64,000 bases of DNA from Patescibacteria group bacterium (GCA_018970245.1 JAGWWT010000001.1:17548-81547); one strand, 5' to 3'. Counted from the stretch's first letter, positions 9,789-20,088 are shown. The notes: generated by a model not told the origin, from the letters alone. Numbers and translations are program-made.

Positions 9789-10097
9789 ATGAGCTTCCAA
9801 ACCTATCTTGAAAACCTCCGTGCGAAACCGGAACATATCCGCAAGCGCTATGCTTTCTGGACGTCTTTCGGCGTGACCGCGGTCATCTTCGCTTTTTGGC
9901 TGGGCTCGTTCACGCCCTTAGGAGCCGGAGCTGGCGCACAGAAGAACGCGATCCTGGCGGCGGTCGATCGCGCCGGCACCCCGAGCCAGTCGATGGTCGC
10001 CGCAGTCGGCTCATTCTTCGGCGACATACGCGACATCTTCTTCGGTCCGCGCAAGGTCACCTTCTCGACGATCGAGATCGCGCCGGGGAAGAAATGA
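9789..10097 (+). CDS. Hypothetical membrane protein
   Basis: L..KPEH.RKR motif followed by a TM helix. Confidence 0.7.
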   Translation: MSFQTYLENLRAKPEHIRKRYAFWTSFGVTAVIFAFWLGSFTPLGAGAGAQKNAILAAVDRAGTPSQSMVAAVGSFFGDIRDIFFGPRKVTFSTIEIAPGKK

Positions 10098-10113
10098 TAT
10101 TCGTATTACATTC

Positions 10114-10353
10114 ATGAGAAAGACGCTTTTAAAAGACAAATCATTTCCCGTTCTCCTTGAAAAAGATGAGGATGGCGTATATATCGCAGAGTGCCCAGTT
10201 TTCAGCGGTTGCTATTCTCAAGGAAGATCGATCGATCAGGCATTGAAGAAGATCAGGGATGTCATTAGTCTTTGCCTTGAGGAGAAAGATAATCTTGAAC
10301 GTGCGAAAAACTATTCGCCGGCAGATATCAGGCTTTATACCGTTAGGATCTGA
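10114..10353 (+). CDS. hicB: HicB family antitoxin
   Basis: EKDEDGVYIAECP.F.GCYSQG..I..AL. Confidence 0.88.
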   Translation: MRKTLLKDKSFPVLLEKDEDGVYIAECPVFSGCYSQGRSIDQALKKIRDVISLCLEEKDNLERAKNYSPADIRLYTVRI

Positions 10354-10355
10354 AT

Positions 10356-10604
10356 ATGCCGAAGCTTCCAGTCTGACCGCATGGCAAAGTCATTCGTGCG
10401 CTCGAGAAGCTCGGCTATGAAGTCGTCCGCCAAAAGGGAAGCCATATCAGGATGCGGCATCCATATAAGACGCCTGTCACGATTCCGACGCATAATCCGG
10501 TGGCGAAGGGCACATTGAGGAAGATCTTGCGCGATGCTGAGATCTCCGTTCAAGCATTGATAGACTTGGCCAGGAGCGCCGCCGGCGTTCCCGAATCTCA
10601 TTGA
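10356..10604 (+). pseudogene. hicA: HicA family toxin interrupted by an in-frame TGA at codon 7
   Basis: Manual translation MPKLPV*PHGKVIRALEKLGYEVVRQKGSHIRMRH..VTIP.H..VAKGTLRKILRDA; TGA at 10374-10376. Confidence 0.85.
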
Positions 10605-10706
10605 TCGAAACGTCGATCTGGTCCCTCGTGTGGTGTAATTTTTCCAGACAGCCGCTCAACTAAGCCGTTGATCATGTCATGCGAATGCGTTTTCGTAAAT
10701 AAAAAA
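10604..10706 (-). repeat. 103-bp dispersed element, copy 1
   Basis: Ungapped alignment to 16187-16289 and 38655-38757, about 83% identity by manual count. Confidence 0.9.
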
Positions 10707-10760
10707 TCCCGCAACAAAGGGCTGCGGGCTCGGCCAGGTCGAGGAAGGGTTGGGGCAGGT

Positions 10761-11090
10761 TCACAACCAATCATCCAACTTCTCATTGATCCTGTCGTAC
10801 CAGTACCAGCTAGCATGTCTTACGATGTGCACAGACCAGGTGATCACAATTGGTGCAAATAAGACCGTGATGCTGCAGGCGATCCACGCCAATAGGCTCG
10901 ATGCCTGAAGTATATTCAAGAAGACCAGGGCATTCGCCACGGACGCTATGATAACAATGCATGCTGTTAGCATTATCACAGAGAGAGCCGTTATATTGTT
11001 CGCAAACTTTGCGACTGATTCATCGGCACGCTGGCTGATAGACTGGTTGATCTCTTGCAGATAGGCGATCAGGTTCATTGCAATCCTCAT
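10761..11090 (-). CDS. Hypothetical membrane protein
   Basis: Two hydrophobic segments; followed by a terminator-like hairpin and T-run near 10707-10727. Confidence 0.6.
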   Translation of the reverse strand: MRIAMNLIAYLQEINQSISQRADESVAKFANNITALSVIMLTACIVIIASVANALVFLNILQASSLLAWIACSITVLFAPIVITWSVHIVRHASWYWYDRINEKLDDWL

Positions 11091-11191
11091 TTTTTATGGT
11101 TTTGTTGGTCGTCCGAAGATAATTGTTCTACTTTTACTGACATATGTCAAGTACAATCGAGCGCTGTTTTCTGCTATAATCAGACTAACAA

Positions 11192-13684
11192 ATGGCCAAG
11201 AAGAATGACAAAAACGCGGCCGAGAATGGCCGCGAAACCGATTCAGGATCCAAGCCGGCCGTGTCCGGCGTTATCGCGCGCTCCATCACGACCGAGATGC
11301 GCGAGTCATACCTCGACTACGCCATGTCGGTCATCACCGCCCGCGCGCTTCCGGATGTCCGCGACGGCTTGAAGCCTGTGCATCGCCGCATCCTTTACGC
11401 CATGCATGAGAAAGGCCTGACCGCCTCCTCCAAGTTCCGCAAGTCGGCAGTCGTCGTCGGCGACGTCCTCGGCAATTACCACCCTCACGGCGATGTCGCC
11501 GTCTATGACACGCTGGTCGGCATGGCCCAGCCTTTCAGGATGCGCTACCAGCTCGTCCAGGGCCAGGGCAACTTCGGGAATATCGATGGCGATCCGGCTG
11601 CCGCTATGCGTTACACAGAGGCTCGCATGTCGCGACTGGCGGCAGAGCTCCTGCGCGATATAGACAAGGACACGGTGGATTTTCGGCCCAACTACGACGG
11701 CACGCGCAAGGAGCCGGTCGTCCTTCCGACGGCAGTCCCGAACATGCTCCTCAACGGCACGCTCGGCATCGCCGTAGGCATGGCCACCAACATCGCGCCG
11801 CACAATCTCAACGAGGTAGTCGATGCGGCCGTGCATCTCATCGACGATCGCGAAGCCACTACCGAGGACCTCCTTCAGCACATAAAAGGCCCTGATTTCC
11901 CGACGGGCGCGGTCATATATGGAGAGAAGGATATCCGTCATGCCTATACGACAGGCCGCGGCCCCATCGTAGTCCGTGGCGAAGCGGAGATCATTGAAGA
12001 CAAGAAAGGCGCATACCAGATCGTCATCACTTCGATCCCGTATCGCGTGAACAAGTCCGAGCTGATCATGAAGATCGCCGACCTCGTGCGCGAGAAGACG
12101 GTCGAGGGCATCAAAGCCCTCCGCGACGAGTCCAAGGACGACATCCGCATCGTCATCGACCTCAAGCAGGGCTCATACCCGGAGAAGATCCTCAATCAGC
12201 TCTACAAGCATACCCAGCTCGAGGACGCTTTCCATGTGAACATGGTGGCGCTCGTGGACGGCGTCCCGCATACGCTGTCTTTGAAGTCCATCCTTGAAGA
12301 GTTCGTGAAGCACCGCATCATCGTCATCCGCCGCCGCACGCAGTTCGACCTGAATGCGGCCGAAGCCCGCGAGCATATCCTTCTCGGCCTCAAAAAGGCC
12401 CTCGACCATATAGATGAGATCATCACGCTCATCCGCGCCTCGAAGGACGTCGCCGAGGCCAAGGCCGGGCTCATGAAGAAGTTCAAATTCACTGACATCC
12501 AGGCCCAGGCCATCCTGGACATGAGGCTGCAGAAGCTGGCCGGCCTCGAGCGCAAGAAAGTCCTGGACGAGCTCAAGGAAGTCCAAGCGCTCATCGAAGA
12601 GCTCAAAGGGATCCTCGGATCGGAGAAGAAAGTCCGCGATATCATAAAGAAAGAGCTCGCAGACATAAAGGCCAAGTACGGCGACGACAGGCGCACCAAG
12701 ATCATCAAGCACGGTGTCAAGGATTTCAACCCGGAAGACCTCATCGCCGACGAGGAGTCCGTCCTGGTCCTCACCAAGGGCGGCTATATCAAGCGCACCG
12801 ACCCGTCCGAATACCGCAAGCAGAAGCGCGGCGGCGTAGGGGTCGTCGATCTCGACACCAAGGAAGAGGATTTCATAACGCATCTCGTATTCGCCACGAC
12901 CCACAACGACCTCTTGTTCTTCACGGACAAGGGCAAAGCCTATCAGATCAAGATGTACGACATACCCGAAGGCAAGCGGGCCACTCGCGGCAAGTCCATC
13001 ATGAACTTCCTCTCGCTGTCAGACGGCGAGCGCGTGACGTCCATCTTGCCCATGCCGAAGACCAAGAAGGAGGCCGAGGGATTGTCGCTCATGATGGTGA
13101 CCAAGGATGGCACCGGCAAGAAGACCTCGGCTGCGCATTTCAAGGACGTCCGCCGCTCAGGCCTCATAGCCATCAGCCTAGGAGAAGGCGACGAGCTCAT
13201 ATCGGCTTCGTTCGTGAGCAAGTTCGATGAGATCCTCATCGCCACGCGCGAGGGCCAGTCGATCCGCTTCAAAGGGTCAGACATCCGCGAGATGGGCCGC
13301 AACGCTGCCGGAGTGAGAGCCATCAAGCTCGGCAAAGGCGATGCCGTCATCTCAGCAGACATAGTCACCAAGGAAGCCAAGAATCCTCGCCTCTTCGTGA
13401 TGGGCGCCAACGGCTTCGGCAAGCAGACCGACCTTTCAGAATACAAGACGCAGAACCGCGGCGGCTCAGGGATCCTCACGATGAATGTGACCTCGAAGAC
13501 AGGCCCTGTCATGGCAGCCCGCGTCGTCACCGATGAAGTAGAGGAGATCGTGGCCATGTCCAAGAAGTCCCAGGTCATCCGCGTCGATCTCAAAGAGATA
13601 CCGACTCTCGGCCGCTCGACCCAGGGCGTCCGGGTCATGAAGCTCCGAGAAGGGGATTCTCTCGCTTCGCTCATCTGCATATAA
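11192..13684 (+). CDS. gyrA: DNA gyrase subunit A
   Basis: [22 protein letters not shown], GyrA-box QKRGGVG, C-terminal beta-pinwheel repeats. Confidence 0.98.
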   Translation: MAKKNDKNAAENGRETDSGSKPAVSGVIARSITTEMRESYLDYAMSVITARALPDVRDGLKPVHRRILYAMHEKGLTASSKFRKSAVVVGDVLGNYHPHGDVAVYDTLVGMAQPFRMRYQLVQGQGNFGNIDGDPAAAMRYTEARMSRLAAELLRDIDKDTVDFRPNYDGTRKEPVVLPTAVPNMLLNGTLGIAVGMATNIAPHNLNEVVDAAVHLIDDREATTEDLLQHIKGPDFPTGAVIYGEKDIRHAYTTGRGPIVVRGEAEIIEDKKGAYQIVITSIPYRVNKSELIMKIADLVREKTVEGIKALRDESKDDIRIVIDLKQGSYPEKILNQLYKHTQLEDAFHVNMVALVDGVPHTLSLKSILEEFVKHRIIVIRRRTQFDLNAAEAREHILLGLKKALDHIDEIITLIRASKDVAEAKAGLMKKFKFTDIQAQAILDMRLQKLAGLERKKVLDELKEVQALIEELKGILGSEKKVRDIIKKELADIKAKYGDDRRTKIIKHGVKDFNPEDLIADEESVLVLTKGGYIKRTDPSEYRKQKRGGVGVVDLDTKEEDFITHLVFATTHNDLLFFTDKGKAYQIKMYDIPEGKRATRGKSIMNFLSLSDGERVTSILPMPKTKKEAEGLSLMMVTKDGTGKKTSAAHFKDVRRSGLIAISLGEGDELISASFVSKFDEILIATREGQSIRFKGSDIREMGRNAAGVRAIKLGKGDAVISADIVTKEAKNPRLFVMGANGFGKQTDLSEYKTQNRGGSGILTMNVTSKTGPVMAARVVTDEVEEIVAMSKKSQVIRVDLKEIPTLGRSTQGVRVMKLREGDSLASLICI

Positions 13685-13789
13685 TCTCTCGTAGCGTTCA
13701 GAGACGGATCAAAAAAGCCGCGCATCCGTGAGGGGCGCGGCTATGAAGTGCCGTGGCGCGATGCTACCGGCGCCTTGGCAGGCTCGGGA

Positions 13790-14905
13790 TCAGATCGGAG
13801 GCTTGGCAGACTCTCTCTCGAAATCCCTCGGAGGAAGGCGGCGAAGGCTAGCTTCCCGCAACAATGCCGGCACGTCCAGGTTCTTCTTGGCATATTCAGC
13901 GACGGCTTCCTGGCCGCCCTCGATCAGCAATCGGCCGAGGAGCTTCGGCGAACCGTCTTCATGGCTGTCGCCGAAATGGAACTGCAGGGGATCCTGCCAG
14001 CCTGTATGGATAGAGCGCAATGTAGGGCCGCGCCGGTCTCTGAGAGCGAACCAGTATATGCGCTCTGGAAAGCCGTTCAAGACATGCGCGAGAGCGTCTG
14101 CGTAGATGGCGACCTGGATCTCTTCCAATCTATGTTCAGCGATCGAGCCAGGCGCATGCAAGCCTGTGGTCGGGAAGCTCAGCTCGGTCAGCCAGACTCG
14201 GGTGTTCCTGACTGTGTGCGCGACGGATCTCGCCTGGTCGAATAGGCTGCCTGGAAAATCCTGGTCGCTCCATGTCCCGCGCAGGGAATGGAAGCCGATG
14301 GAATCGAAGTAGCCTGCCGCTCCCTTGCTGACTAGGTTGCTCATGAGGGCCAGGTTCGTCTTGTCTACGCCTGCCATGCCCCCGAGCAGGTTCTTGAGGC
14401 CGAGCCGCCTGGCCATGACGCACCCTCCGGTGAGCATCCTGGCCAATATCGAATGCTCGGGATCGCATGACTGGTCATAATCAGTTCCCATGGCCCATTC
14501 ATTCCAGTGCTCGATGAATTCGATCCTGATGCCAGACATCTTGCAGTACTGAGCGACGTCGTATACGAACATCGCGTACATCACCGTGTCTTTCGGCGGG
14601 CCTGTGCACTTTCCATTCATGGACAAGTCAGCGGGCGTGAAGCACAGGCACGGCAATATATCGAAGCCGTCTTGGGCATATCTCTTCAGATACCATTGGA
14701 TGCAGGCCTTTCCTCCGGGCGAAGACCATTCTGCCCACGACACTCCTAGCCTGATGCGTCTCACGCGCCTGGCTTTGAGGTCGTCTATAGTCTGCATCGT
14801 CGACTCTCGATATCCGGCCAGGTCGGCCGATCCGAGCTCGTTCATACAGCTTTCCGGGATCTTTTCCCAGATCACATAGCCGAGGTTCTCCATATTTTCG
14901 CTCAT
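13790..14905 (-). CDS. Clan GH-A glycoside hydrolase-like protein (beta-xylosidase-like)
   Basis: R.GVSWA.W, FTP, EHWNEW (acid/base), WLTEL (nucleophile), HFG...G.PK; start taken at MSENM. Confidence 0.75.
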   Translation of the reverse strand: MSENMENLGYVIWEKIPESCMNELGSADLAGYRESTMQTIDDLKARRVRRIRLGVSWAEWSSPGGKACIQWYLKRYAQDGFDILPCLCFTPADLSMNGKCTGPPKDTVMYAMFVYDVAQYCKMSGIRIEFIEHWNEWAMGTDYDQSCDPEHSILARMLTGGCVMARRLGLKNLLGGMAGVDKTNLALMSNLVSKGAAGYFDSIGFHSLRGTWSDQDFPGSLFDQARSVAHTVRNTRVWLTELSFPTTGLHAPGSIAEHRLEEIQVAIYADALAHVLNGFPERIYWFALRDRRGPTLRSIHTGWQDPLQFHFGDSHEDGSPKLLGRLLIEGGQEAVAEYAKKNLDVPALLREASLRRLPPRDFERESAKPPI

Positions 14906-14951
14906 CTTTCTCTTTTTGATCGTTTTGGTAAGGTGCGGCTTGTCTCGTGCG

Positions 14952-16031
14952 CTACAAGCGGTCCGAACTTGAAGACGGTTCCGCGGCCAGATCCTTCCAA
15001 TGATAGAAAAGTGGCTTGCGCCGGCCATCGAGCGTTTCCAGGCCGAAATGATAGGCCGCTTCCTGTCGGCCGCCATTCATGTTCAGCTCGTCGTCTGTCA
15101 TGTTCTCCGGGGGTTGGTCGATCGCCGAGTACCAGATGATCTTATCCGCGCCGGCCTGTCGGCGCGTGTAGTCGAAGAACTTGGTCTGCTCGCGCTCGCC
15201 TCTGCGGCGAGCATCGTCTAGGATCGCTCCGTCATCGACCGTGGCATATCCGGCCTCGGCTATCCAGATCTCGATCCCGCTCTTGGCCAAGCCGGCTTTT
15301 TCCAAGCCGTCGAGATGCGCTCTGGCGGTCATGATCTCGGAAGCCCAGCCGTACCATTTGCGCCGCTGGTTCGTCCAGCTCGGGGAATGGTGGAGGCCGA
15401 CGGCATCCGGCTTGTGCAGCAATCCGTTCGACAGCGATCCGTTCGGCAGCGATCCGTTCGGCAGCGATCCGTTCGGCAGCGATCCGTGCCCTTTCTCCTC
15501 AGATTTTCCGCGGACTGTCGAGCATCGCGCTGCCATCGTCAGCCAAGCAGGATCATATGGAGTGAGCCCACCGAGGACGGCTTTTTTGCCGGCGGCATGC
15601 ACGATGTCGATGGCCGGAATGGCCATCTGGCAGAAGATCGAACCGTCAGGATCGATATCCCAATCCCAGTAAGGCTGCCAATTCGGCTCGTTCCATATCT
15701 GGACCCAGTCGAAGCGGCTTCCGTATCTTTCGATCATCTGGCCAGCGAAGCGGGCATAGGAGAGGATGTCTTTTGGCGGATGAGAAGTCTTGCCGCCTAT
15801 GGCCTGCTCCGGAGGCGTATAGAATAGCGCAGGGATCAGTTTCGGACCGGCTTCTCCGATCCGGTCTACGAAGAAATCGAACCATTCCTGGCCCCCTGGC
15901 CGATCCCAGTCGGCCCAGGAAAATAGGATCCGGAATTCTTTGATCTGGAGCTCTTCGATTGTGGCTGCTGTGCGTTCTACAGCCTGGCGGTCTTCGAATA
16001 TGAACCATTGGCATAGGGCAGGTAGGCGCAT
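14952..16031 (-). CDS. Clan GH-A glycoside hydrolase-like protein
   Basis: FSWADW, YTPP, QIWNEPN, IWIAEAGY, HFGL...G.RKP; start taken at MRLPA. Confidence 0.8.
   Translation of the reverse strand: MRLPALCQWFIFEDRQAVERTAATIEELQIKEFRILFSWADWDRPGGQEWFDFFVDRIGEAGPKLIPALFYTPPEQAIGGKTSHPPKDILSYARFAGQMIERYGSRFDWVQIWNEPNWQPYWDWDIDPDGSIFCQMAIPAIDIVHAAGKKAVLGGLTPYDPAWLTMAARCSTVRGKSEEKGHGSLPNGSLPNGSLPNGSLSNGLLHKPDAVGLHHSPSWTNQRRKWYGWASEIMTARAHLDGLEKAGLAKSGIEIWIAEAGYATVDDGAILDDARRRGEREQTKFFDYTRRQAGADKIIWYSAIDQPPENMTDDELNMNGGRQEAAYHFGLETLDGRRKPLFYHWKDLAAEPSSSSDRL
15417..15487 (-). repeat. 15-bp coding tandem repeat (GSLPN x about 4)
   Basis: CAGCGATCCGTTCGG units inside the GH gene. Confidence 0.9.
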
Positions 16032-16186
16032 ATGATTCCTGACGAGGCACCTGAATTGGGAGTTACTAGAGTTATTAACAGAAATAATTTCCACTATTCT
16101 TCTTCCCCCTATTCTTGTCCCAGGTTCATTTCCCATACTTTTCCAACATTCTGGGGAAAACCGCTATATGTGTGTACATATTACCC

Positions 16187-16289
16187 TTTTTCATTCACGG
16201 AAATCCATTTGCATGACAAAATCAACGGCTTGGTTGAGCCGTCCCGCAGAAAAATTACAACACACGAGGGACCAGATCGACGTTTCGAT
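16187..16289 (+). repeat. 103-bp dispersed element, copy 2
   Basis: Ungapped match to copies 1 and 3. Confidence 0.9.
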
Positions 16290-16448
16290 GAATCGACGAA
16301 TAGAGACCAGTCATCGCGGGCCGCACGGCTTGAAAACTCGGCGTTATAAAACTCGGCGTTATATTCCGCTCCGCTCCATGTAACGCCTTCGCTCGGACTG
16401 TGTGTAAGCTAGCTTCCACAAGTCCTCGCTCGGCGTTATAATACCTGC

Positions 16449-16964
16449 ATGTTTTCCGATCCAGCGTCGAACCTAGCCAAGCTGGTCCTATCTGAAGGCA
16501 TGAAAGTTGGGGACCTCGGCGCCGGTTCAGGCTTCTATTCGATCGAAGCGGCCAAGCGCGTCGGTTCCAGCGGCCGCGTCTATGCCATCGATGTCCAGAA
16601 AGACCTGCTGGAACGCGTCCGCAAAGCCGGCTTGGAGCAAGGCCTGCACAACATCGAAGTCATCTGGGGCAATGCCGAAAAGATCGGCGGCACGAAGCTC
16701 AAAGAGGCGCTATTGGACCGCGTCGTCCTTTCGAACGTCCTTTTTCAGGTAGCCAAACCCGACGATCTCGCCCTCGAGATAAAGCGCATCCTCAAGCCGG
16801 GCGGCAAGGTTCTCGTGGTAGATTGGAGCGGAGTGACGCCGCTCTCGCCGAAGAAGATATTCCCGGAGGCGCAAACCAGGACGCTTTTCGAGAAGAACGG
16901 CTTCAAACTCGATCAGTCGTTCGGCGCCGGCGAGCACCATTACGGGCTCGTGTTCATCCGATGA
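16449..16964 (+). CDS. Class I SAM-dependent methyltransferase
   Basis: DLGAGSG, VYAIDVQ, RILKPGG..LVVDW. Confidence 0.92.
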   Translation: MFSDPASNLAKLVLSEGMKVGDLGAGSGFYSIEAAKRVGSSGRVYAIDVQKDLLERVRKAGLEQGLHNIEVIWGNAEKIGGTKLKEALLDRVVLSNVLFQVAKPDDLALEIKRILKPGGKVLVVDWSGVTPLSPKKIFPEAQTRTLFEKNGFKLDQSFGAGEHHYGLVFIR

Positions 16965-17007
16965 TGCGCTCCATTATCCCAAATACCCGAATATCCCGAA
17001 AGATCCC

Positions 17008-18318
17008 ATGACCAAATTCCAGATAATAACCTTAGCCATCTTCGTCGTCTGCATCATCGTAGGCGTGGCGGCATTCGCTCTGTACAAAGGCAGCGGGCCT
17101 TCCACATCTCTGCCGCCGATAACCATTTGGGGCACATTCCCGGCCAGCACCTTCGACCAATACGTGTCGGACATAAACAGCGCCAGCACAAACCAGCTCT
17201 CGATCTCCTACGTCGAGAAGGATCCATCGTCCTTCGCCAACGATTTCGTCAATGCATTGGCCACGGGACAGGGTCCGGACGCGATCCTCATACCAGCCGA
17301 CATGATCCTTCCGGAAGAGAACAAGATCACGCCGGTCCCGTACAGCGCCCTGCCTCAGCGGACATTCATGGACACCTATGTACAGGAAGCCCAGACATAT
17401 CTTACGGCCGATGGCATCCTGGCGGTCCCGTTCACGCTCGATCCTCTGGTCATGTATTGGAACCGCGATATGTTCAATGCCGCTGGTCTGGCCACATATC
17501 CGCGCTATTGGGATGAATTCACAGGCACCGATCTCAATCCCGGCCTTGTCCAGAAGCTCACGGTCAAGGACCAGAATGCGAACATCAGGCAGTCTGCTAT
17601 CGCCATGGGCTCATTCTCGAACATGACCAACGCCAGGGAGGTCCTAGGGTCCCTTCTCATGCAGCTCGGCAACCCGATAACCGCGCCGGGGCAGGGCGGC
17701 GCTCCTGTGAGCGCATTGGGTTCCGATCCCCAGCATCTTTCCATACCCGGATTGCAGTACTTCGCGCAATTCGCCGATCCGGCGAGCACGGCCTATTCCT
17801 GGAATGCCAGCCTGCCGAACGACAAGTCCCAATTCCTGGCCGGCGCTTTGGCCACATATTTCGGCTTCGCTTCGGAGATAGCCGACCTACGCGCCAAGAA
17901 TCCGAACCTGAACTTCGACGTAGCGGCTCTTCCACAGCTCCGTTCGGGCGGCCAGAAGGCCGCTTACGGCAGGATGTATGGGTTCTCGCTGGTGCACACC
18001 TCGGCTAAGCAGAACGAGGCTTTCCAGATCATCTCCATCCTGACTTCTCCGCAGCACATAGCCCAGCTTTCGAAGACCATGTACATCCCGCCGGTCCAGA
18101 CCAGCCTCATCGCCCAGGGCTCATCGGATCCTTACATGACGATATTCGATCAGGAGGCGCTCATAAGCCGGACATGGCTCGATGCCGGACCAGCCGCGTC
18201 TTCGCAGGTATTCAGCTCGATGATAGGCTCTATCGTGAGCGGCCAGAAGCAGCCGGATCAGGCTGTGAGGGACGCCAGCGACCAGTACAATGTCATCTTG
18301 CAACAAGCGCAGCAATGA
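17008..18318 (+). CDS. Extracellular solute-binding protein (sugar ABC SBP-like, membrane-anchored)
   Basis: N-terminal TM, GPD, VPF..D.LVMYWNRDMF..AG, P..WDEF. Confidence 0.85.
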   Translation: MTKFQIITLAIFVVCIIVGVAAFALYKGSGPSTSLPPITIWGTFPASTFDQYVSDINSASTNQLSISYVEKDPSSFANDFVNALATGQGPDAILIPADMILPEENKITPVPYSALPQRTFMDTYVQEAQTYLTADGILAVPFTLDPLVMYWNRDMFNAAGLATYPRYWDEFTGTDLNPGLVQKLTVKDQNANIRQSAIAMGSFSNMTNAREVLGSLLMQLGNPITAPGQGGAPVSALGSDPQHLSIPGLQYFAQFADPASTAYSWNASLPNDKSQFLAGALATYFGFASEIADLRAKNPNLNFDVAALPQLRSGGQKAAYGRMYGFSLVHTSAKQNEAFQIISILTSPQHIAQLSKTMYIPPVQTSLIAQGSSDPYMTIFDQEALISRTWLDAGPAASSQVFSSMIGSIVSGQKQPDQAVRDASDQYNVILQQAQQ

Positions 18319-18761
18319 ATAACACCCAGACATTATCAAGCCAGCTTCCTCCTGTCGATGTGAGCAGCTCCGGTTTCAGGCTGACCGTATGCGACGGGCC
18401 GACCCTGCCTCCGGGTCAGAGCTGGGTCACCGCTTACAAGGACAGCTTCCAGGCCACTTACCACCGGCAGTATGTGGCATGCGATTTCAATGGCGCGATG
18501 ATGCAGGTTCAGCACCTCATCGACGTCGCTCTGGTCGCAGGCGTGCTCCTGGCGATCGCCGGCTTCTGCTACGCCGGCTTCCTTTACATCACGCATGGGG
18601 ACAACCCTGGAAAGCGCGACGAGGCCAAGGACATATTCAAAAAGATCTTCGTGGGCTTTATAATAATGCTTGCCGCCTGGTTCGTCGTCTACCAGGTCCT
18701 GGCCTGGCTCACCGGCGCGAATTCCGGGTTCACGTCCCTCTTGGGCAAACCGACACCATGA
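18315..18761 (+). CDS. TrbC/VirB2-like pilin
   Basis: Two TM helices flanking GF.YIT.G.....AK......GF.I.L.AW. Confidence 0.75.
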   Translation: MNNTQTLSSQLPPVDVSSSGFRLTVCDGPTLPPGQSWVTAYKDSFQATYHRQYVACDFNGAMMQVQHLIDVALVAGVLLAIAGFCYAGFLYITHGDNPGKRDEAKDIFKKIFVGFIIMLAAWFVVYQVLAWLTGANSGFTSLLGKPTP

Positions 18762-19339
18762 ATAAATCCATGACATCGTCAAAATCAAATCTGCCGAAGC
18801 TATTGGCTATAGCTGTGGCTCTGCTCCTTATTTCTGCGCCTCTGAATTTCGTCCTGGCTCAGCAAGGTGCTGGCGGAACAGTCTCAGGAACTCCTGGTTC
18901 AGGGGCCGGAGGAACGGTCTCTGGAACTCCTGGTTCAGGTGTAGGCGGCACAGTGTCCGGAAATCCAGGATCTGCTGCCGGTGGCACTGTCAATCCCAAG
19001 GCAACCAGTCAACCCACCTTCACGCTCGTCAATCCGCTGCAAGTCAATTCCATCGGCGGTCTGATCGAGACTTTCGTCGAGATATTCAGCTACATAGCTA
19101 TCCTGATCGCCGTCCTCATGCTCATATGGGTCGGCTTCCAGTACATCACCGCTGCGGCGCAGGGCAATTCCGAGAAGATAAAAAGCCTGCACTCATACCT
19201 TCTGTGGATAGTGGTGGGCGTTGCCATCGTCATCGGCGCGCGCGTCATCGTCCAGATAACCATAAACACCCTATCGGCGACGCATACGGTGAACCAGAAC
19301 GTCATCCAGAGCGCCAATAACGCCCTGCAGGGCAATTGA
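18758..19339 (+). CDS. TrbC/VirB2-like pilin with a Gly/Ser/Thr repeat
   Basis: Signal peptide, GAGGTVSGTPGS repeats, L.NPL, GFQYIT..GN.EK. Confidence 0.75.
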   Translation: MNKSMTSSKSNLPKLLAIAVALLLISAPLNFVLAQQGAGGTVSGTPGSGAGGTVSGTPGSGVGGTVSGNPGSAAGGTVNPKATSQPTFTLVNPLQVNSIGGLIETFVEIFSYIAILIAVLMLIWVGFQYITAAAQGNSEKIKSLHSYLLWIVVGVAIVIGARVIVQITINTLSATHTVNQNVIQSANNALQGN

Positions 19340-19360
19340 TCGTCATGATATAATAGATCC

Positions 19361-19657
19361 ATGGGACAGCAGACCTTGCAAGACGTGATCGGGCTAGTAG
19401 CCGGGTATCTCAATATGATCCTCGAGCTGTTGATGGGCCTGGCCGTAGTCGTCTTCGTCTGGTACGTCATAAAATATTTCATCCTCAAGCCGGACACAAA
19501 GCGGTCCGAAGCCGCCCAATATGTCATGTGGAGCGTCATCGGCTTCTTCGTCATACTGTCCGTATGGGGGATAGTGAACATCATGACAGCGACATTCAAT
19601 CTTGGCAGCAACAGCCCTGCATCCTGGTCAGGCGTCCAGGGGCTTTTCCCAAGATGA
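19361..19657 (+). CDS. VirB2-like pilin
   Basis: W.VIKY......W.VIGFFV..SVWGIV. Confidence 0.75.
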   Translation: MGQQTLQDVIGLVAGYLNMILELLMGLAVVVFVWYVIKYFILKPDTKRSEAAQYVMWSVIGFFVILSVWGIVNIMTATFNLGSNSPASWSGVQGLFPR

Positions 19658-19668
19658 TATAAACGGAC

Positions 19669-20088
19669 ATGTCTTTCCCATTTTTTCCAAATTTCGGAGG
19701 AGGTTCGTCATTCGGTTCGTCATTCGGCGGCGGTGCTGGCTACGGGCCAGGCGGCTATGGCGGCAGCCAGCTCGCTCCCGTTTATGACGCCAATTCGCTG
19801 GCGGTGAGGCTGGCGAGCATCGGAGACGTGGTCATCTATCTCTTGGTCGCTCTCGCCGTCGTCTATATCGTCTGGACCGTCTTCCAGTATTTCGTCAAAG
19901 GCAAAGAAGGCGATGAGAACAGGAAGGAGGCGGGTATGAGGATATTCTGGGCCATTCTAGGCCTGTTCATAATCGTCTCGCTCTGGGGATTGGTCAATAT
20001 CCTCGTAAATACGTTCTGGACTGGGTATAACCAAGCGCCTGCCCAGCAATTCCCGAACGCCAATTTCGTCAGCGGCCCGCAATACTAA
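19669..20088 (+). CDS. VirB2-like pilin
   Basis: W.ILGLFIIVSLWGLVN; Gly-rich N-terminus. Confidence 0.75.
   Translation: MSFPFFPNFGGGSSFGSSFGGGAGYGPGGYGGSQLAPVYDANSLAVRLASIGDVVIYLLVALAVVYIVWTVFQYFVKGKEGDENRKEAGMRIFWAILGLFIIVSLWGLVNILVNTFWTGYNQAPAQQFPNANFVSGPQY

Noticed and set aside
10374-10376. TGA recoding (genetic code 25) to explain the hicA stop
   Set aside because: pth, nusB, smc, murF and others terminate at TGA, and long core genes have no internal TGA.
11138-11149. Palindrome TGACATATGTCA upstream of gyrA
   Set aside because: Explainable as overlapping divergent -35-like hexamers; no independent support for an operator.
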